Positions 50,504-62,684 of a DNA stretch of 64,000 nt are shown here, piece after piece. Every line of letters begins with the position of its first letter. The stretch's first letter is position 1. Source of the stretch: Klebsormidium nitens (lineage: Eukaryota > Plantae > Klebsormidiophyceae); NCBI GenBank assembly GCA_000708835.1, contig DF236959.1, forward strand, positions 357,728 to 421,727, read 5' to 3'. The notes beneath the pieces were generated by a model. It was not told the DNA's origin and did no database searches. It saw only the letters and a list, made by a program, of their open reading frames with translations. The translations under genes were made by a program, and so were the position numbers.

Positions 50504-52021
50504 AGTAAGTCTCCGATTGCAAAGGTTGAACGTGGAAAGCATACAGCTTGTTCACTCTGTAGATCCTCGTGCGACAGTAAGTCCTTGAACGGACTGTATC
50601 TGGCTGACTGTACGCTGGTCAGAAAAGCATGTTGTGAGCTTGTCTCAGCCCTATCGAAACGCAATGCCCTTCAAGCGCGACGACGCAGATTCAAGCGCAC
50701 TTGCAATGAGAAGATGTTGTTTGCATATACTTCATTCAGGTGTGTCAAGTGCTTCTAGTCAGGATGATTAGTTGGCACAGGCCGATCAATTTCTTGAGTA
50801 ACCTCATGCATCTTCTCCGGGTCCTTGGACAGTCACTCGATCAGCCAAACTGAGGGTAGTCGCAGCTCCGCTTCACGTCTGCAGCTGCAGTACTAAGCAC
50901 AATGTCAAGTTTTATATGAGCGGGTGACACGTCCTACATGCATGGGGACGTCCTCCACTATTGAATCTGAGAGGAAGGGACGAATAGTGGTGTCTGCTGA
51001 GCTCGCTAGGACTTACACGTGCTCACTGCTAGGGGGGGCGTCTCTGATTACGGCAATTCGCCCGGCAAGACACTATCACGACACACGCGTGAATGCCGCA
51101 GAATGCTCATGAGGTCATGCACGAGCATATCCCTCTCGTCGGGGGATTGAATTAAGTAAGTTCCGACCAACACATGCATGTCGCGGTTGCATATGTACAG
51201 CCAGATGAGCATAACCCTTAACGGCCAGTGTCCTTGCTGGTTGGAGTTTTGTCCTGTAAGCCTCAATCACGGACTCCCGCTAAGTTCGTACGTACGATAT
51301 TATGATCAAGAGTTGACAATCTGCGAACTAAGCAATTTGGAGTTGTCTCAGCATGCTGGGACACATGGTTGCGGTTGAATGGATTTGGCTCCACATGTTA
51401 AGTCAAGTTGTGACGGCGGCCGCCGCGGTTCTGACAAAACAAAACGATGGGAAATCCAATAATTTAAAGGCCAAGACCGATGCCACTCTGTTGGACAGCT
51501 GTAACAACGTGGCGAGGTCGTCCGAATCCAGGCAAAACCTCGATGATCGAACAATGTCTGGTTTGACTGTGCCAGTATGACCAAGGGTTCACGTGTTTGG
51601 ACCTCGCCACGAGTCCAACGTTCCTACAGCGTCTCAGCCCCGGTTCTAGAAAGAACCAAGGTTTCCCTCACCCAATCGTAGTTGCAAAGACCCAAGTACA
51701 GGAGGGGCCCATGGTTGAATTGATGCATTGAAGCTTGAGTCTCGTGATCGCCAGGCGACGCCGCCCCGTTTCCCTTCGCAACCTATGTCAGCTTGGCATT
51801 GAACCAAAAGTCTTACAACAGCTTACTGATGCTGAAGCAGAAGCACTAAACGCTTGGTACACAGTGCGTCTTTATCCGGTGCCTTCACAAACAACGCCCA
51901 AACGCCGTCCCAGATTATGTTACGTTTTATCGGACCAGACGATTGTCAAAGGCCCACGCACGTACAAACCTTACCGAACCCCATCTCTGCCGCATCTCTG
52001 ACAGCTGTCCAGCATACTTCA

Positions 52022-52052
52022 CTTGTCACATCATGTCGGTCTGCTTGCAGAA
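52022..52052 (+). promoter_or_regulatory. Conserved upstream block of the WW-membrane paralogues (copy 1)
   Basis: The reverse complement reads ...tctgcaagca...atgatgtgacaag. It matches plus-strand aggatgtgacaa upstream of copy 2 (57388-57400) and tctgcaagca...caggatgtgacaa upstream of copy 3 (about 62393-62421). Confidence 0.5.
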
Positions 52053-52184
52053 CCAAGACGGACGTGTCGACTCTGGCGAGCAAAAGGCTACGTGACCGCA
52101 ATTATACGCCATCTTAATTTGGACAGGACCGCCAGTGCGGGCGCTTCACTGTGGTTTCTCAGTCCGTCTGTAAGGGTGTGAAAA

Positions 52185-54051
52185 ATGGCGTCAAGCACAT
52201 CAGCAGCGCCAGGTTCCGGCCGTTGGCTGGCAGCATCGTGCTGCGTCCTGAACCTCCATTATGGCGCGTCTATGGGGAAGAGGAACGTCCGCCTTCTGCA
52301 TAAGAATAGTACGACTCTGCCTAAGGGGCCTTCAGATTTCCTTGGCAGAGAGCTTCAGCGCTTTCGAAATCTGGCACAGCCCACTACAAGCTTGGAATTA
52401 CATTTCACTAAGAGGCCCTGTCAAATGACCCGCCCTTCTTCTGCTCTCGCATCAAGCAAAATTCCACCCTGGAAGTGGCCATGTCACAGCAAAGGTTTAC
52501 ACCGGAAGCAGGTGTCACGTCTAAGCAGCTTAGACGCTCACCCGTTGAACAAGACAGTTTCGGCTTCGGGTGTGGTCAAGGGGGCGCCGCTCTGGAAGGG
52601 GTTGAGGAGGAATGCACTTGGATCAGCTCTTGGCCCTTCAGCAAGTATTATGTCAAACTCCAGGAGGCGCAGTCTGGGGAAGATAAGTGCCGCGGAAGCT
52701 ATCAAGGCAGGGAGTATCAAACGGCTGAGGAAACTTGAGATGGGGAAAGTGAAAGCAGGGGGAACGAGTTCCGGGGAAACGAGCCCCGGGGAAAGTAGGT
52801 CAGGGGAGCAGAACCCGGGGGGATCCCCCGAGCCGCCCCTGAGCCCCGACGTCTCGCTCAGACTTTCCGTGGGGACGGTGACCCTGGCTGCTTTTGCTCT
52901 CGGTTTGTTCGCCCTTTCGTGCTCCGTCCTCCCGCCTCTGAGGATTGCAAACTTGCCCCTTCTTGAGGCCATTCTTCTCCACATCCTGCTGTCGTCAAAC
53001 GCCATCTTCCTCGAGTGGACGGCTCTGCAATCATTCAAGAACGGAAGCGCTAGTATGACGGGCAGGCTGCGGACCCGGCACCCGGGGCTTCCTCCCGACA
53101 GGCACACCTTATCCGACCCCAGAGCAAACCGTGTTTGCTTCTACAACTCGGTCAGCAAAGTCGTTCAGTGGGAGCCCCCGCCCTCATTCCTACTTACTAC
53201 CCCGGAGGCTTCCCCCGGGCTGTTTGGAACCCTGACCCTGTTCTTCCAGCAACTTTGGGGGCTTCTGCAGCCAATCGTGACGGTCGGGCTGTACTTGAGC
53301 ACAGTCGTAACGGTCTACTGGTTCTCGCGCGGTCTCTATAGGGATCAACTAGGTGTGGGGACGACTTTGTCCCTCTTGGCAGCTTTCCTCGCGCTCCCAC
53401 AACCGCTGCCGTTCGTTGTCCTTGCGCTCAGTTCGCGGCCTTCCTTCCTGGGGGAAGTTGTTGCCGCCCAAGTTCGAGTCAGCCCTCTCCATTGCCCTCC
53501 TCATTAGAGTTCTCCCCGGGCTCTGCTCCACCCTCAAGACACTCCACCGGGCTGCGGAAGCGCGCCTGCCTAGTTGCCGTCTTCCCTGGAACTGCGCGTG
53601 TTTCTCGCGACTCTTAGTCGCTCTTTGCCCCACCCTGAGTTGGAGGCTCCACCCTTACGCCCTCAAGCTGGATTATGCTCGCGTGGCGCTTCTCCCGCTA
53701 CCCTATAGTGTTCCCCTCCCGGTGCCTGTGCCACGCTGGGAACTCTTGACGTCTTCCTGGAGAGCGCTCCTGTACGCCGCGCCGATGGTCCTCACCCTCG
53801 CGCGGCTGCTCGCGGCCGCGGCCGCGGCCAATCCTCAGGTTTATGCACCGAGCAAGCTTTACACCCTTGTGCTCTGTTCCAGGCCGGTGCAGATCAGTGC
53901 GTGCGTCTCGGCCGTCGCGTTTCTGCTCGGGCGACAGAGGGCGGCGTACGAGGTCGCTTTAGAGGAGAAAAAGAAGGAAGAAGAAGCGGAGGTCGACACC
54001 TTGGACAAGAAGCTACTCGAGAGTTTTGACAGGATGCTGGTTGATACGTAG
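52185..54051 (+). CDS. WW-domain multi-pass membrane protein, copy 1; one frameshift near 53450-53485 (621 aa if one base is removed)
   Basis: Overlapping ORFs 52185-53507 and 53353-54051 are colinear with copy 2. Features: presequence-like N-terminus, hydrophobic helices, degenerate WW at 53088-53181 (LPPDRHTLSDPRANRVCFYNSVSKVVQWEPP) and C-terminal LDKKLLESFDRML. No introns are evident. Confidence 0.7.
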
Positions 54052-55406
54052 ATTGCTTTGTGTGAAAGGATCTGGCGAGAAGAGATTAGCGAACGAGGCA
54101 GAATATCAAAGCACTGCCCAATCCAACCGAATTCCACGCTATTAATAAGTAGATGTACCTTATGCTGCCTTTGACTGGAACACTCTACTCAAGAATAAAT
54201 ATAGAAGAGCCTCAGAATATGTAAGTTTTTTGTCAGACCCATTGACATGGACGCTCTTAAAATAATCCCAGTCAAGTTTGAGCAGCCAAATCATGTACGG
54301 CTTAGCATGTACATATGATCACGATCATTGACGTCACTTGCGACGTACCGTTCAATGCGAACCGCGACCACGTGAGTTCAAACAACAATAGAGCTGAAGA
54401 CACTGAAAATAATTTGCTATTGGACGAGCAAAGCTTGGCGCCGGAGATTGCAGCGAGGATAGTAAATGAATAATTGAAGGCGGCAGAGAAAGGGATCTTT
54501 AGAAGGTGACTCGAGCGCCGATTGCAATGGTAGGTGCATAGCCGCTCTACTCCTGCTACACATTCTTAATAGCAAAAGGTCAAGCGTAAGATTCGTCACC
54601 AACTGGAGCGAGTGTTTTTATAGCACAATTCTGATAAGCTCCACGTTGCAACTAACCAGGACTAAGGCGTGTTTGGCCGATAAACTCGCTCTGCGTGCTT
54701 GTCTCTAGAAAGCTCGATGTGTAGTGACAAAAGCTGACTGTTCAGATCCGCTTCGAACCTGATTCGGATTCGTTTCGGGCGAGATTTCAAATGTGTTGGA
54801 CATGTCCGATTGTGTTCCGAAAGTGTCCAGATTGCAAAGAGAATTGTTCTGAACGGAGTCCGATTTCAATCCGTACCTGATAAGAATTCGGTCCGCAATC
54901 ACGCTTTCATGTCGTTGCACCAATCTGAGTCGTGTCCGAAGTGGATCTGAACCTGTCCGAATCAGATCCGAGTCGCACTTCAGTTCGGATCTGCTTCGGA
55001 CCTGGTTCAGACAAAGGCTTTCTTGCAGTGAAATTTAATTTTATATGGTCCGCAATGCAGATTGGATGGCTTCGTAGCACGTGCACAGAGGCTAGATGGT
55101 TGGTGATGCGTGCAATCATTCAGGAGCAGGCTACTGCAACGAGCATGGCAGACTCCCTTGGTCCTTTTCGTACATCTTAAGCAGAAGGATCAATTGTAAT
55201 GGGCACTCCCCTCTGCATTACGACCACTCAGTACTTCTTACGACACAGTAAGAAAATGATGAGGACTTCTACAATTTGAACTTCTAGTGCGAAAGTCTCA
55301 TCTTCCGAGAGTACTTCTCCGTTCCGGCTGGAATTAGCAGTGCCTTGATTGAAGCATCCGTTTCGAATCGGCGATTCCAGACTTTTCAGAATACGTAGAG
55401 CAGGTT

Positions 55407-57124
55407 CTAGAATAACGAATCGATTAGCATCCTGTCGAAGTCCTCAAGCAACTTTTTATCTAGGCTCTCAATCTCTGCTTCTTCTGTCTCCATCTTCTGC
55501 TCCAAAGCAGTCGCGCACGCCTCACCCTGTCTCACGAGCAGAAGCTCGACGACCGAAACGAACGCACTCATTTGCACCGGCCTGGAACAAAGCACCAGGG
55601 TGCAGTTTGTCCCCGCGGATAATCCCTGGGGTTTGGCCGCAGCCGCGGCCGCGAGCAGCCGCGCCAGGGGGAGGATCATCGGCGCCGCGTAAAGAAGCGC
55701 TCTCCAGGAGGATGTCAAGAGTTCCCACCGGGGCACCGGCACCGGGAGGGGAACTCTACAGGGAAGCGGGAGAAGCGCCACCCGATCAGAAGTCCAGTCC
55801 AGTGCGTATGGGTGTAACGTCCAGTTGAGAGCAGGGAAGAGAGCGATCAGGAGTGTTCTGGAGGACTCGCAGTCCCAACTAGGGAGGGGGCACTTGGGCA
55901 GGCCCTCTTTGGCCGCCCGGTGAAATACTCTGAAGGTGAGGCGCAGCCCGGGGAGAGCGCTAACTAGAAGCGCCACGCACAGAAGAGACTCCAACCGGGC
56001 GATCAGGGTCCCACTAAGACGCGCTGACCAGCGGGAGCGGCTAAGGAGCAAGATGAAGAACGGCAGCGGTTGGGGGAGGACAAAGAAAGCTGCGGAGAGA
56101 AAGAGGACCGTCCCCGCGCCTAGTTGCGATTTGCCCCCGAGAAGAGCGAAAGCGCACCACCGGAGCGTTACGAACTTGCTCCAGTACAGCCCGACCGTCA
56201 CGAGTGGCTGGAGAACTCCCCCGAGCTGCTGAAACAGGCCGTCAAAGATCAGGGTTAGAGTGACAACTAGACCGGGGGAAGCGCCCGAAGATCTGACGGT
56301 GAAGGCGGGGGATCCCATTGGACGGTTTGCGTGACCGAGTCATAGAAGTAAATCCGGTTCGTTTTGGGGTCGGAGAGCGCGTGCCAGTCGGGGGGAAGTC
56401 CCGGGCTCCGGACCAGCAGTCTGCCCACGTCAGCCGTATCTTCTTTGAATGCTTGCAGCGCCTTACGTACGAGGTTAAAAGCGTACGCTGCCAGCAAGAT
56501 GTGGAAAAAAGCTGCCTCGGCAAGGGGCAAACGTGACAGCTTCAGAGGCGGGAAACATGCGCACGAAAGGGCGGATAAGCCGACAGCGTACGTGGCTAGG
56601 GTCACGGTTTCCGAGCAAAGTAAGTTGAGCGAGACGTGGGGAAGGGGCGGTTCGGGGGATTCCTCCGGGCTCTGCCCTTCTGAGCTTGTTTCCCCGGAGC
56701 TCGTTTCCCCTGCTTGAGCTCTTTCCCTTTCAGCACAGTTCAGCCTCCCTCCTCCGTCGACTCCCCTGCCTCTTGATGTTACCGGGCGGTGTTTCTTCAG
56801 ATTGCATTTTCTTGCTCCAGCGTCAAGAGCTGATTCAATTGCACCTTTCCCCCAGCCCACCCATGGCAGCGCCCTTGTGACCACACCCGAAGCAAACAGA
56901 CTTTGCAACGGTCGAGTGTCTAAGCAGCTCAGACGCAACGGCTGCTTCCGGACGAGAGCTTTGACGCGTGGCCGCTTCCAGGGTGGACATATTATCGAAG
57001 GGAGAAACCCAAAAGGAGGAGTCGTTTGACAGGGCCTCCTATTGCACACTGTTCCCGGCATTCTGGGCAGTAGCGCCAGATGTCGGAGCTCGCTCCCCAG
57101 GAAACGTAAAGGTTCCGTCAGCAT
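55407..57124 (-). pseudogene. WW-domain membrane protein, copy 2; frameshift just after the WW domain
   Basis: ORFs 57124-56267 and 56318-55407. The WW domain at 56398-56306 is intact (LPPDWHALSDPKTNRIYFYDSVTQTVQWDPP). The codon matching the copy-1 ATG is ATA (57244-57242). Pseudogene status versus assembly error is unresolved. Confidence 0.6.
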
Positions 57125-58301
57125 CGCGCCACCTCCTTGTTGAAAGAACTTTCTGCTTTTCTGTCACTTGTACACCTTCAGGAACCTGAAGCAACCCAAG
57201 AATGGAGGTTCTTCTCTCAACGCATGTGTGATGCTTGACGCTATTTTCAAAATCTCTCAGGCTGCCACCGGACTTCAGACACCGCAGATAAGTTCAGCGC
57301 CCGCCGTTCCTGTCCAGCAGAAGCGCAGAATCTCTGGCGCGCGGCCTGCTTCCTTCCTTTTCGATCGAGGCTGCAGCCAAGACCCACAGGATGTGACAAA
57401 TCAAGACGTGACGTCAGAGATGACGACGGTGAAGTTCGTACCCTGAAGCGTTCGGCAGTCTTGTCAAGTATCACCCCTTTGCAAGCACCGCCACGCGAAC
57501 TCAGGTTATTTGGAAGCATCGATCTGGTTCAGATGCTCTGTACAGATGCTCATGTCTGCTAAGCATGCCAGTACGTGCTTTAGCTTCAGCACCGCGAATG
57601 TCAGACCTCGCGAATCACGGCAACGGAAGTGTTACAGCTCAGCGAGTTGGGCCGCTTAGAAACAAACCGACTGCAGTTTGTACTGATTCGGCCGCAAACT
57701 AAGGCGTTTACTCTGGCCATTGCAAGATGGGGTCATGAAGATCGACAATCGTAAGGGCCGACGTTATTGCAGCGGATGACGTGGCAAGGTACTGGTGTTG
57801 GCGCCGTCTTAATTCGGTCAGTCATGAACTGATCAAACAGTCCCCTCGTTTTTATCAAACCTCTCCGCCGTCAAGGTCCTTCCAACACAGTGCCCGCGGA
57901 CTCAAGCTGGATGTCGATGAATGTTGTGTTGACCCAGCTCTGTCCAAAGCGGCAGCTTCATCCCAGCTTCATTTACACGTCAGGTACTCAGGTACTATAG
58001 ACGTATATGCGGAACAGTTCTCCGGTCTCTTGCGGGTACACAACAGCAAAGACCAGATGTAGCCTAGGGCAACGAGTAACCATTTAAAGCGGAGCTACGT
58101 ACGGTCTTAACAAAGGAAACGTACAAGGTCCGAGCGTCTTCATATCGACGTTCCAGGACGTTCTATCTAGGTAGGGCAGGATCCAACAAGACGGTATTCT
58201 GACCGTTCCGGTTGATTCAATGGCTTTGCAGCGACCTTGACAGAGCTGGTTCGCGAGCCGATTGTTTTCTATTCTGCAGTGTCAGGTGTCACCTGAAGCA
58301 A

Positions 58302-58759
58302 GTCTTTCGTTTCCACCAGCATCCTGTCAAAGTCCGCAAGTAGCTTCTTGTCTGGTTCTCAACCGTCCGCTCCTTCTAGTACCTAGTTCCTTCTTCTCCT
58401 GCTCTAAGTACAAGCGTCCTCGTACGCCGCCCTCTCAGAGTCTGTCATCTATCGAACCCGACATTCGAGACGCACGCACTTTTCTGGCCGGTGTAGATTC
58501 AATGTGTCCAGAGACTCGGATAGCCCCGCCCGCCGGGGTTTGCCCACCGCGGCCGCGGCCGCGAGCAGCCGCGCCAAGCCATGGGAACCGTGACCGGGAC
58601 CAGGGCCGGGCGCGCTCTTCGGGAGGATTTCAAGAGTTCCTACCAGTGCACCGGCAGTGCCGGCACCGGGCACCGGGAGGGGAACGCTTAAAAGGGAAGC
58701 CGGAGAAGGGGCCACCCGGTCCAGAGCGCATGGAGTCCGGTACGTCGCGCGCGCCAGTT
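58302..58759 (-). pseudogene. Degenerate 3' fragment of a WW-membrane paralogue
   Basis: Homologous to the VALLPL..PLPVP..LARLLAAAAA..DKKLLADFDRMLVETKD region, with indels. Its 3' flank (about 58170-58300) aligns with the flank of copy 4 (about 63800-63910). Confidence 0.85.
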
Positions 58760-58999
58760 CGCTTTGGAGATCGTTGTGACGTCAAGTTCAAGTTGTTTCA
58801 TGATGAGCTCTCAGGACAAGCACTCCGAGTCCAAAAGAAAAAGCTCAGGAAAAGCTCAGGAAAAGCACTCACTCAAAAGGCTAGTACTGAGCAGTGAGGA
58901 CGGAGTGTGTAGACACTAGATAGAGAAAGGAAAAGAATAGCTTTGTCCAAAGTCCACTGTCCAGCCATTTCTTCTGCGCTTTCTGGCCTGTCAGACAGA

Positions 59000-59890
59000 A
59001 TGCAGGCAAAGCTAGAGTTAATGGAAAAGCGGACCAAGGAGCTTGAGCTTGCCTGCCCCATCTGCTATGAGCCGATTGTCAGGTATGGACCCAAGGGCTT
59101 TGGCAGGGCGGCCGTGGATGCCTCCCGCTTTGAGTGCCCTCGCTGTAAGCGGAGCTTCTGCGGAAAGCAGGGCTATGCTGACTTGACGGTATTAGAAGGC
59201 GCACAGGAGTATGCTGACTTCTTGCCGCTTGGGACGGAGCTGTTTAGACTTCCCTTAATAAGCTATGTCTATGAGCGAGGCTGGCGTCAAAACTTTGCCC
59301 AGTCAGGGTTCCCTGGGGTGGACCAGGAGTTTGCCTTGGCACAGCGGTACTTAGAAGCAGCAGCAGGCGGGGTGCTCCTGGACGTCAGCTGCGGCAGCGG
59401 CCTATTCACACGGCGGTTTGCAGCGAGCGGGAAGTATTCAGTGGTGGTGGGGTCAGACTTCTCAGAGAGCATGCTGGTGCAGACCAGGGACTTGATTAGT
59501 CAAGACAAGACGCTTGAGAGTTCAGCCAATATTGCGCTTGTCCGGGCAGACGTTGGGCGGCTGCCATTCCCGACAGGCTCCATCGACGGGGTGCATGCAG
59601 GCGCCGCCCTCCATTGCTGGCCTTTGCCGAGCACAGCAGTAGCAGAGATCAGCCGGGTTCTCAAGCCTGGAGGTGTCTTTGTGGCCAGTACTTTTCTAAG
59701 TCCAAGCCTACCTTTCTCTCGGGTCACCCAACGAAAGATCAGACAGGCACTTCATCGAGTCGGCATTCTGCCGGTTCAACTCCATTTGGAGCCCGAGTTG
59801 AGGGAGCTGCTGACAAAATGCGGCTTTGTTGACTACACACAAAGAACTAACAGGTTGTCTATATGGTTAGCGGCTAGCAAACCGAGGTAG
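59000..59890 (+). CDS. Intronless SAM-dependent methyltransferase with N-terminal Zn-ribbon (At2g41040-like), 296 aa
   Basis: Motifs: LACPIC...FECPRC, TELFRLPLISYVYERGWRQNF, LLDVSCGSGLF (motif I), DFSESML, RADVGRLPF and HAGAALHCWP. An in-frame TAG at 58910 leaves no transit peptide in this exon. Confidence 0.9.
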   Translation: MQAKLELMEKRTKELELACPICYEPIVRYGPKGFGRAAVDASRFECPRCKRSFCGKQGYADLTVLEGAQEYADFLPLGTELFRLPLISYVYERGWRQNFAQSGFPGVDQEFALAQRYLEAAAGGVLLDVSCGSGLFTRRFAASGKYSVVVGSDFSESMLVQTRDLISQDKTLESSANIALVRADVGRLPFPTGSIDGVHAGAALHCWPLPSTAVAEISRVLKPGGVFVASTFLSPSLPFSRVTQRKIRQALHRVGILPVQLHLEPELRELLTKCGFVDYTQRTNRLSIWLAASKPR

Positions 59891-60981
59891 TTAGCATGCA
59901 TAGGCTGTAAGTTCGTTCTTTATACGCGTTGCTGTGCGGGTAGCTGTTCATTCCTACATTTCCGATTCTGGGATCAAGGTTCAAAAATCAACGTTGAAGC
60001 TCGCGTATTGATTTCTTCTGATGAGCGCTGTTATGTGAGGTGAGAGTTCCCTCGGCTTGGTTTAGTTTATTGAGTCTTGAGTGCTTGCTGCTGGAGAAGT
60101 AGACCGTCGAGGGGCTCAAAGCATGTAGTAAGAGGAGTAGGTCCACAGAGTAGAAATCTGCGGTGCTTAGCCTGCACTATTGATGTATGTGCCATGACCC
60201 ATATGAACTGAAGATTGTTGCTACTTGCGTTCTCAACTCATTTAGATGCTGGAATCATCTAGCTGGCCCTTTTGTTTGCCCCAACCCGCTCATCCAAGCG
60301 GATTGATCCCTCTTCAAGTGCTGGTGTGCAATCCGCGTCTTGTTGCATATGCATCAAGATTGAATGCATGTTAGATACGAAACCTTTGAAAAATTGGCTT
60401 CATAACTAGGCGCCTCAGGCTCTGTCATCCGATCGAATGCTGAGGATGCACATCCATGCGTGTCACTATCCTTAACAAATTTAATTCAATATGTATATTT
60501 GCCCGGCAGCTCGCTATAGTAGCCTGTGCATACAGCGGAATGAACCTATGCACCTCACACCTGCGTTGACATGACCGATATGCATTAACAGCCGCGCACG
60601 CCTTTCGCAACCATAGCTGATCGAGCGCGGCGCGCCGGCACGTGGGCAATCTTGATACCGTTGAGTCAAAATCATAGAACCTCCGCGGGTTACAAAATGT
60701 TATGATGTACCGAGTTAATACATTAAATCTAATCGATCCATAAAGAGATCGGATATGAAGAAGAGATATAAAGCGCAATAAAACGTTCTTAGAAATATAA
60801 GGTAGACTTCCGAAGTTGTAGAAGTATACCATGCCAGTGATGTCGATCCAATTAAACGCGCGACATCGCGATCCACAATCATGATTAAATGGTTTGAATT
60901 GAACGGCCAGGATCATGCAGCATTCATGTGGACTCCTTCATGAAGCATACGGCCGGCAATCTTTTTTCTACATCTAATCTG

Positions 60982-62242
60982 CAGGGCGGCAAAGTGCCAG
61001 CGAGACACGCCGAGACATGGGAGGTGCTAAGGAGCAAGACGAAGAACAGCTAGAAAGATGGCAGCCGCTGGGGAAGAGCAACCTAAGAAAGCTGCGTAGA
61101 AGAAGAGGACCGTCGGGCCCGCGCCTAGTTGCGCCGGTACTTTGCCCCCAAGAAAAGCGCACGAGCACCACCGAACTGTTTACGAATCGGCTCCAGTATA
61201 GCGGGGCCGTCACGAGTACGTGGCTGGAAAACTCCCCTGAGCTGCTGAAGGAGGCCGTCAAAGTCAGGCTTAGACTGACAATAAGACCGGGGGAAGCACC
61301 CGGAAATCTGACGATGACCCGGGGAGTGAGGGCGGGGGAGCCCATTGGACGGTTTGGGTGACCGACTTATAGGAGCAGGCACGGTTCGTTTTGTGTCGGA
61401 AAGCGCGTGCCAGTCGGGGGGAGGCCTCGGGCTCCGGACCAGCAGTCTGCTAACCTCAGCCGTAGCTTCTTTGAATGCCCGCAGCGCCTCAGATCCGAAG
61501 CAAACGGCGCACGCAGACAGCACTCTGTGGAGGAAAACGGCATGAGCCAGGGTCCCAGGGGCAAGCGTGCAGGCCTCAGAGGCGGGAAGACTCTGCACGA
61601 AGGGGCAAATAAACCGACTTCTAGGGTCACGGTCTCTGGGGGAGTATGAACGAATAGTGGGGGAGGGGCTGCTCGGGGGATCCCCCCCGGGGTCTTCTGG
61701 ATTTAGATCCGGGCCTGGGCTTGTCTCCCCTGCTTTGACTTTCCCCTCTCAGTCGTTTGATACCCCCCTCCTCTAGTTTCTGCGGCCCTTATCTTTCCCC
61801 GGCTGAGCCCCCCCAAGGGCAGGTGTTCCCTTCCTGTAGCGCCAATACGTGATCCCGGTGCGTCTTTCTTAAAACTCATCGAGAGAGGTGCACCTGTGAC
61901 CATTGCCCCCGAAACCAACAAGTACGGTCGAGCGTGTAAGCAGCTTAGACGCGACGGCTGCTTCGGGAAGGAACTTTCGCTGTAATATTAATATGGCCAC
62001 TTCCAGGCTGGACGTCTTGCGGGGGAAGTAGGAAAAGGCCAAGTACAGGCCCTCTTTGTGTTCCTCGAGAGCAAGTTTTTGGGCAATGCGAAACCCTGAA
62101 GCTCTGTCCCCAGGAGATGAAAGTGTCCCGTGCCACTCCTTTGACGAAAGGAACTCCCTCTGCTTTGACAGAGACCTGCACCCTCAGAAATTAGATTCCG
62201 CAATAAAGCTGTCTTAGTCCTAAACGCTGGCGCTGCTGACAT
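60982..62242 (-). pseudogene. WW-membrane paralogue, copy 3 (5' two-thirds), multiply disrupted
   Basis: The ATG at 62242 (MSAAP) aligns with the copy-1 start region. There is a premature TAA at 61990-61988 after AWKWPY, a 1-nt deletion inside the WW domain and further shifts. Homology stops near 60982. Confidence 0.85.
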
Positions 62243-62684
62243 GCCTGACGTCACGCCACTCTTCCAGATGAATCCATACAAGCGTCGGAAAAAGATCCTA
62301 ATGAAGCGCCCGCACTCCGAGTCCTTTCCAGCAGTGGCGCGCAAGTACTGGCGCGGTTGCGTAGCCTTCTCTTCTACAACAATCTTACGTCTTCTGCAAG
62401 CAAGCCAGCAGGATGTGACAATCGAGGAAAGATGACGTCAGCAACGACGCACGGTGACGGTCCTTATCTTGGCGGTCTTCTTATATGAAACTCAGCTTCA
62501 CTTGCGAATCTTTATTCTGCAACCGCACTGCTTGTGAAGGCGTCCGGTCAGGATGTAGCCTCTTCTGAGCGCGTTAACGCTCTGAATCAGCATCGTTGGG
62601 CTTGTCAGACCTAACGGTTCTCTGCCAAAACAATGCAGAACAGCTCAGGGCTAGCAAGAGGGATCCTTCCTGAAGGGCAAACGG

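Noticed and set aside
60425-60916. 163-aa minus ORF in the AT-richer tract
   Set aside because: No recognisable domain or coding-like codon bias; probably spurious.
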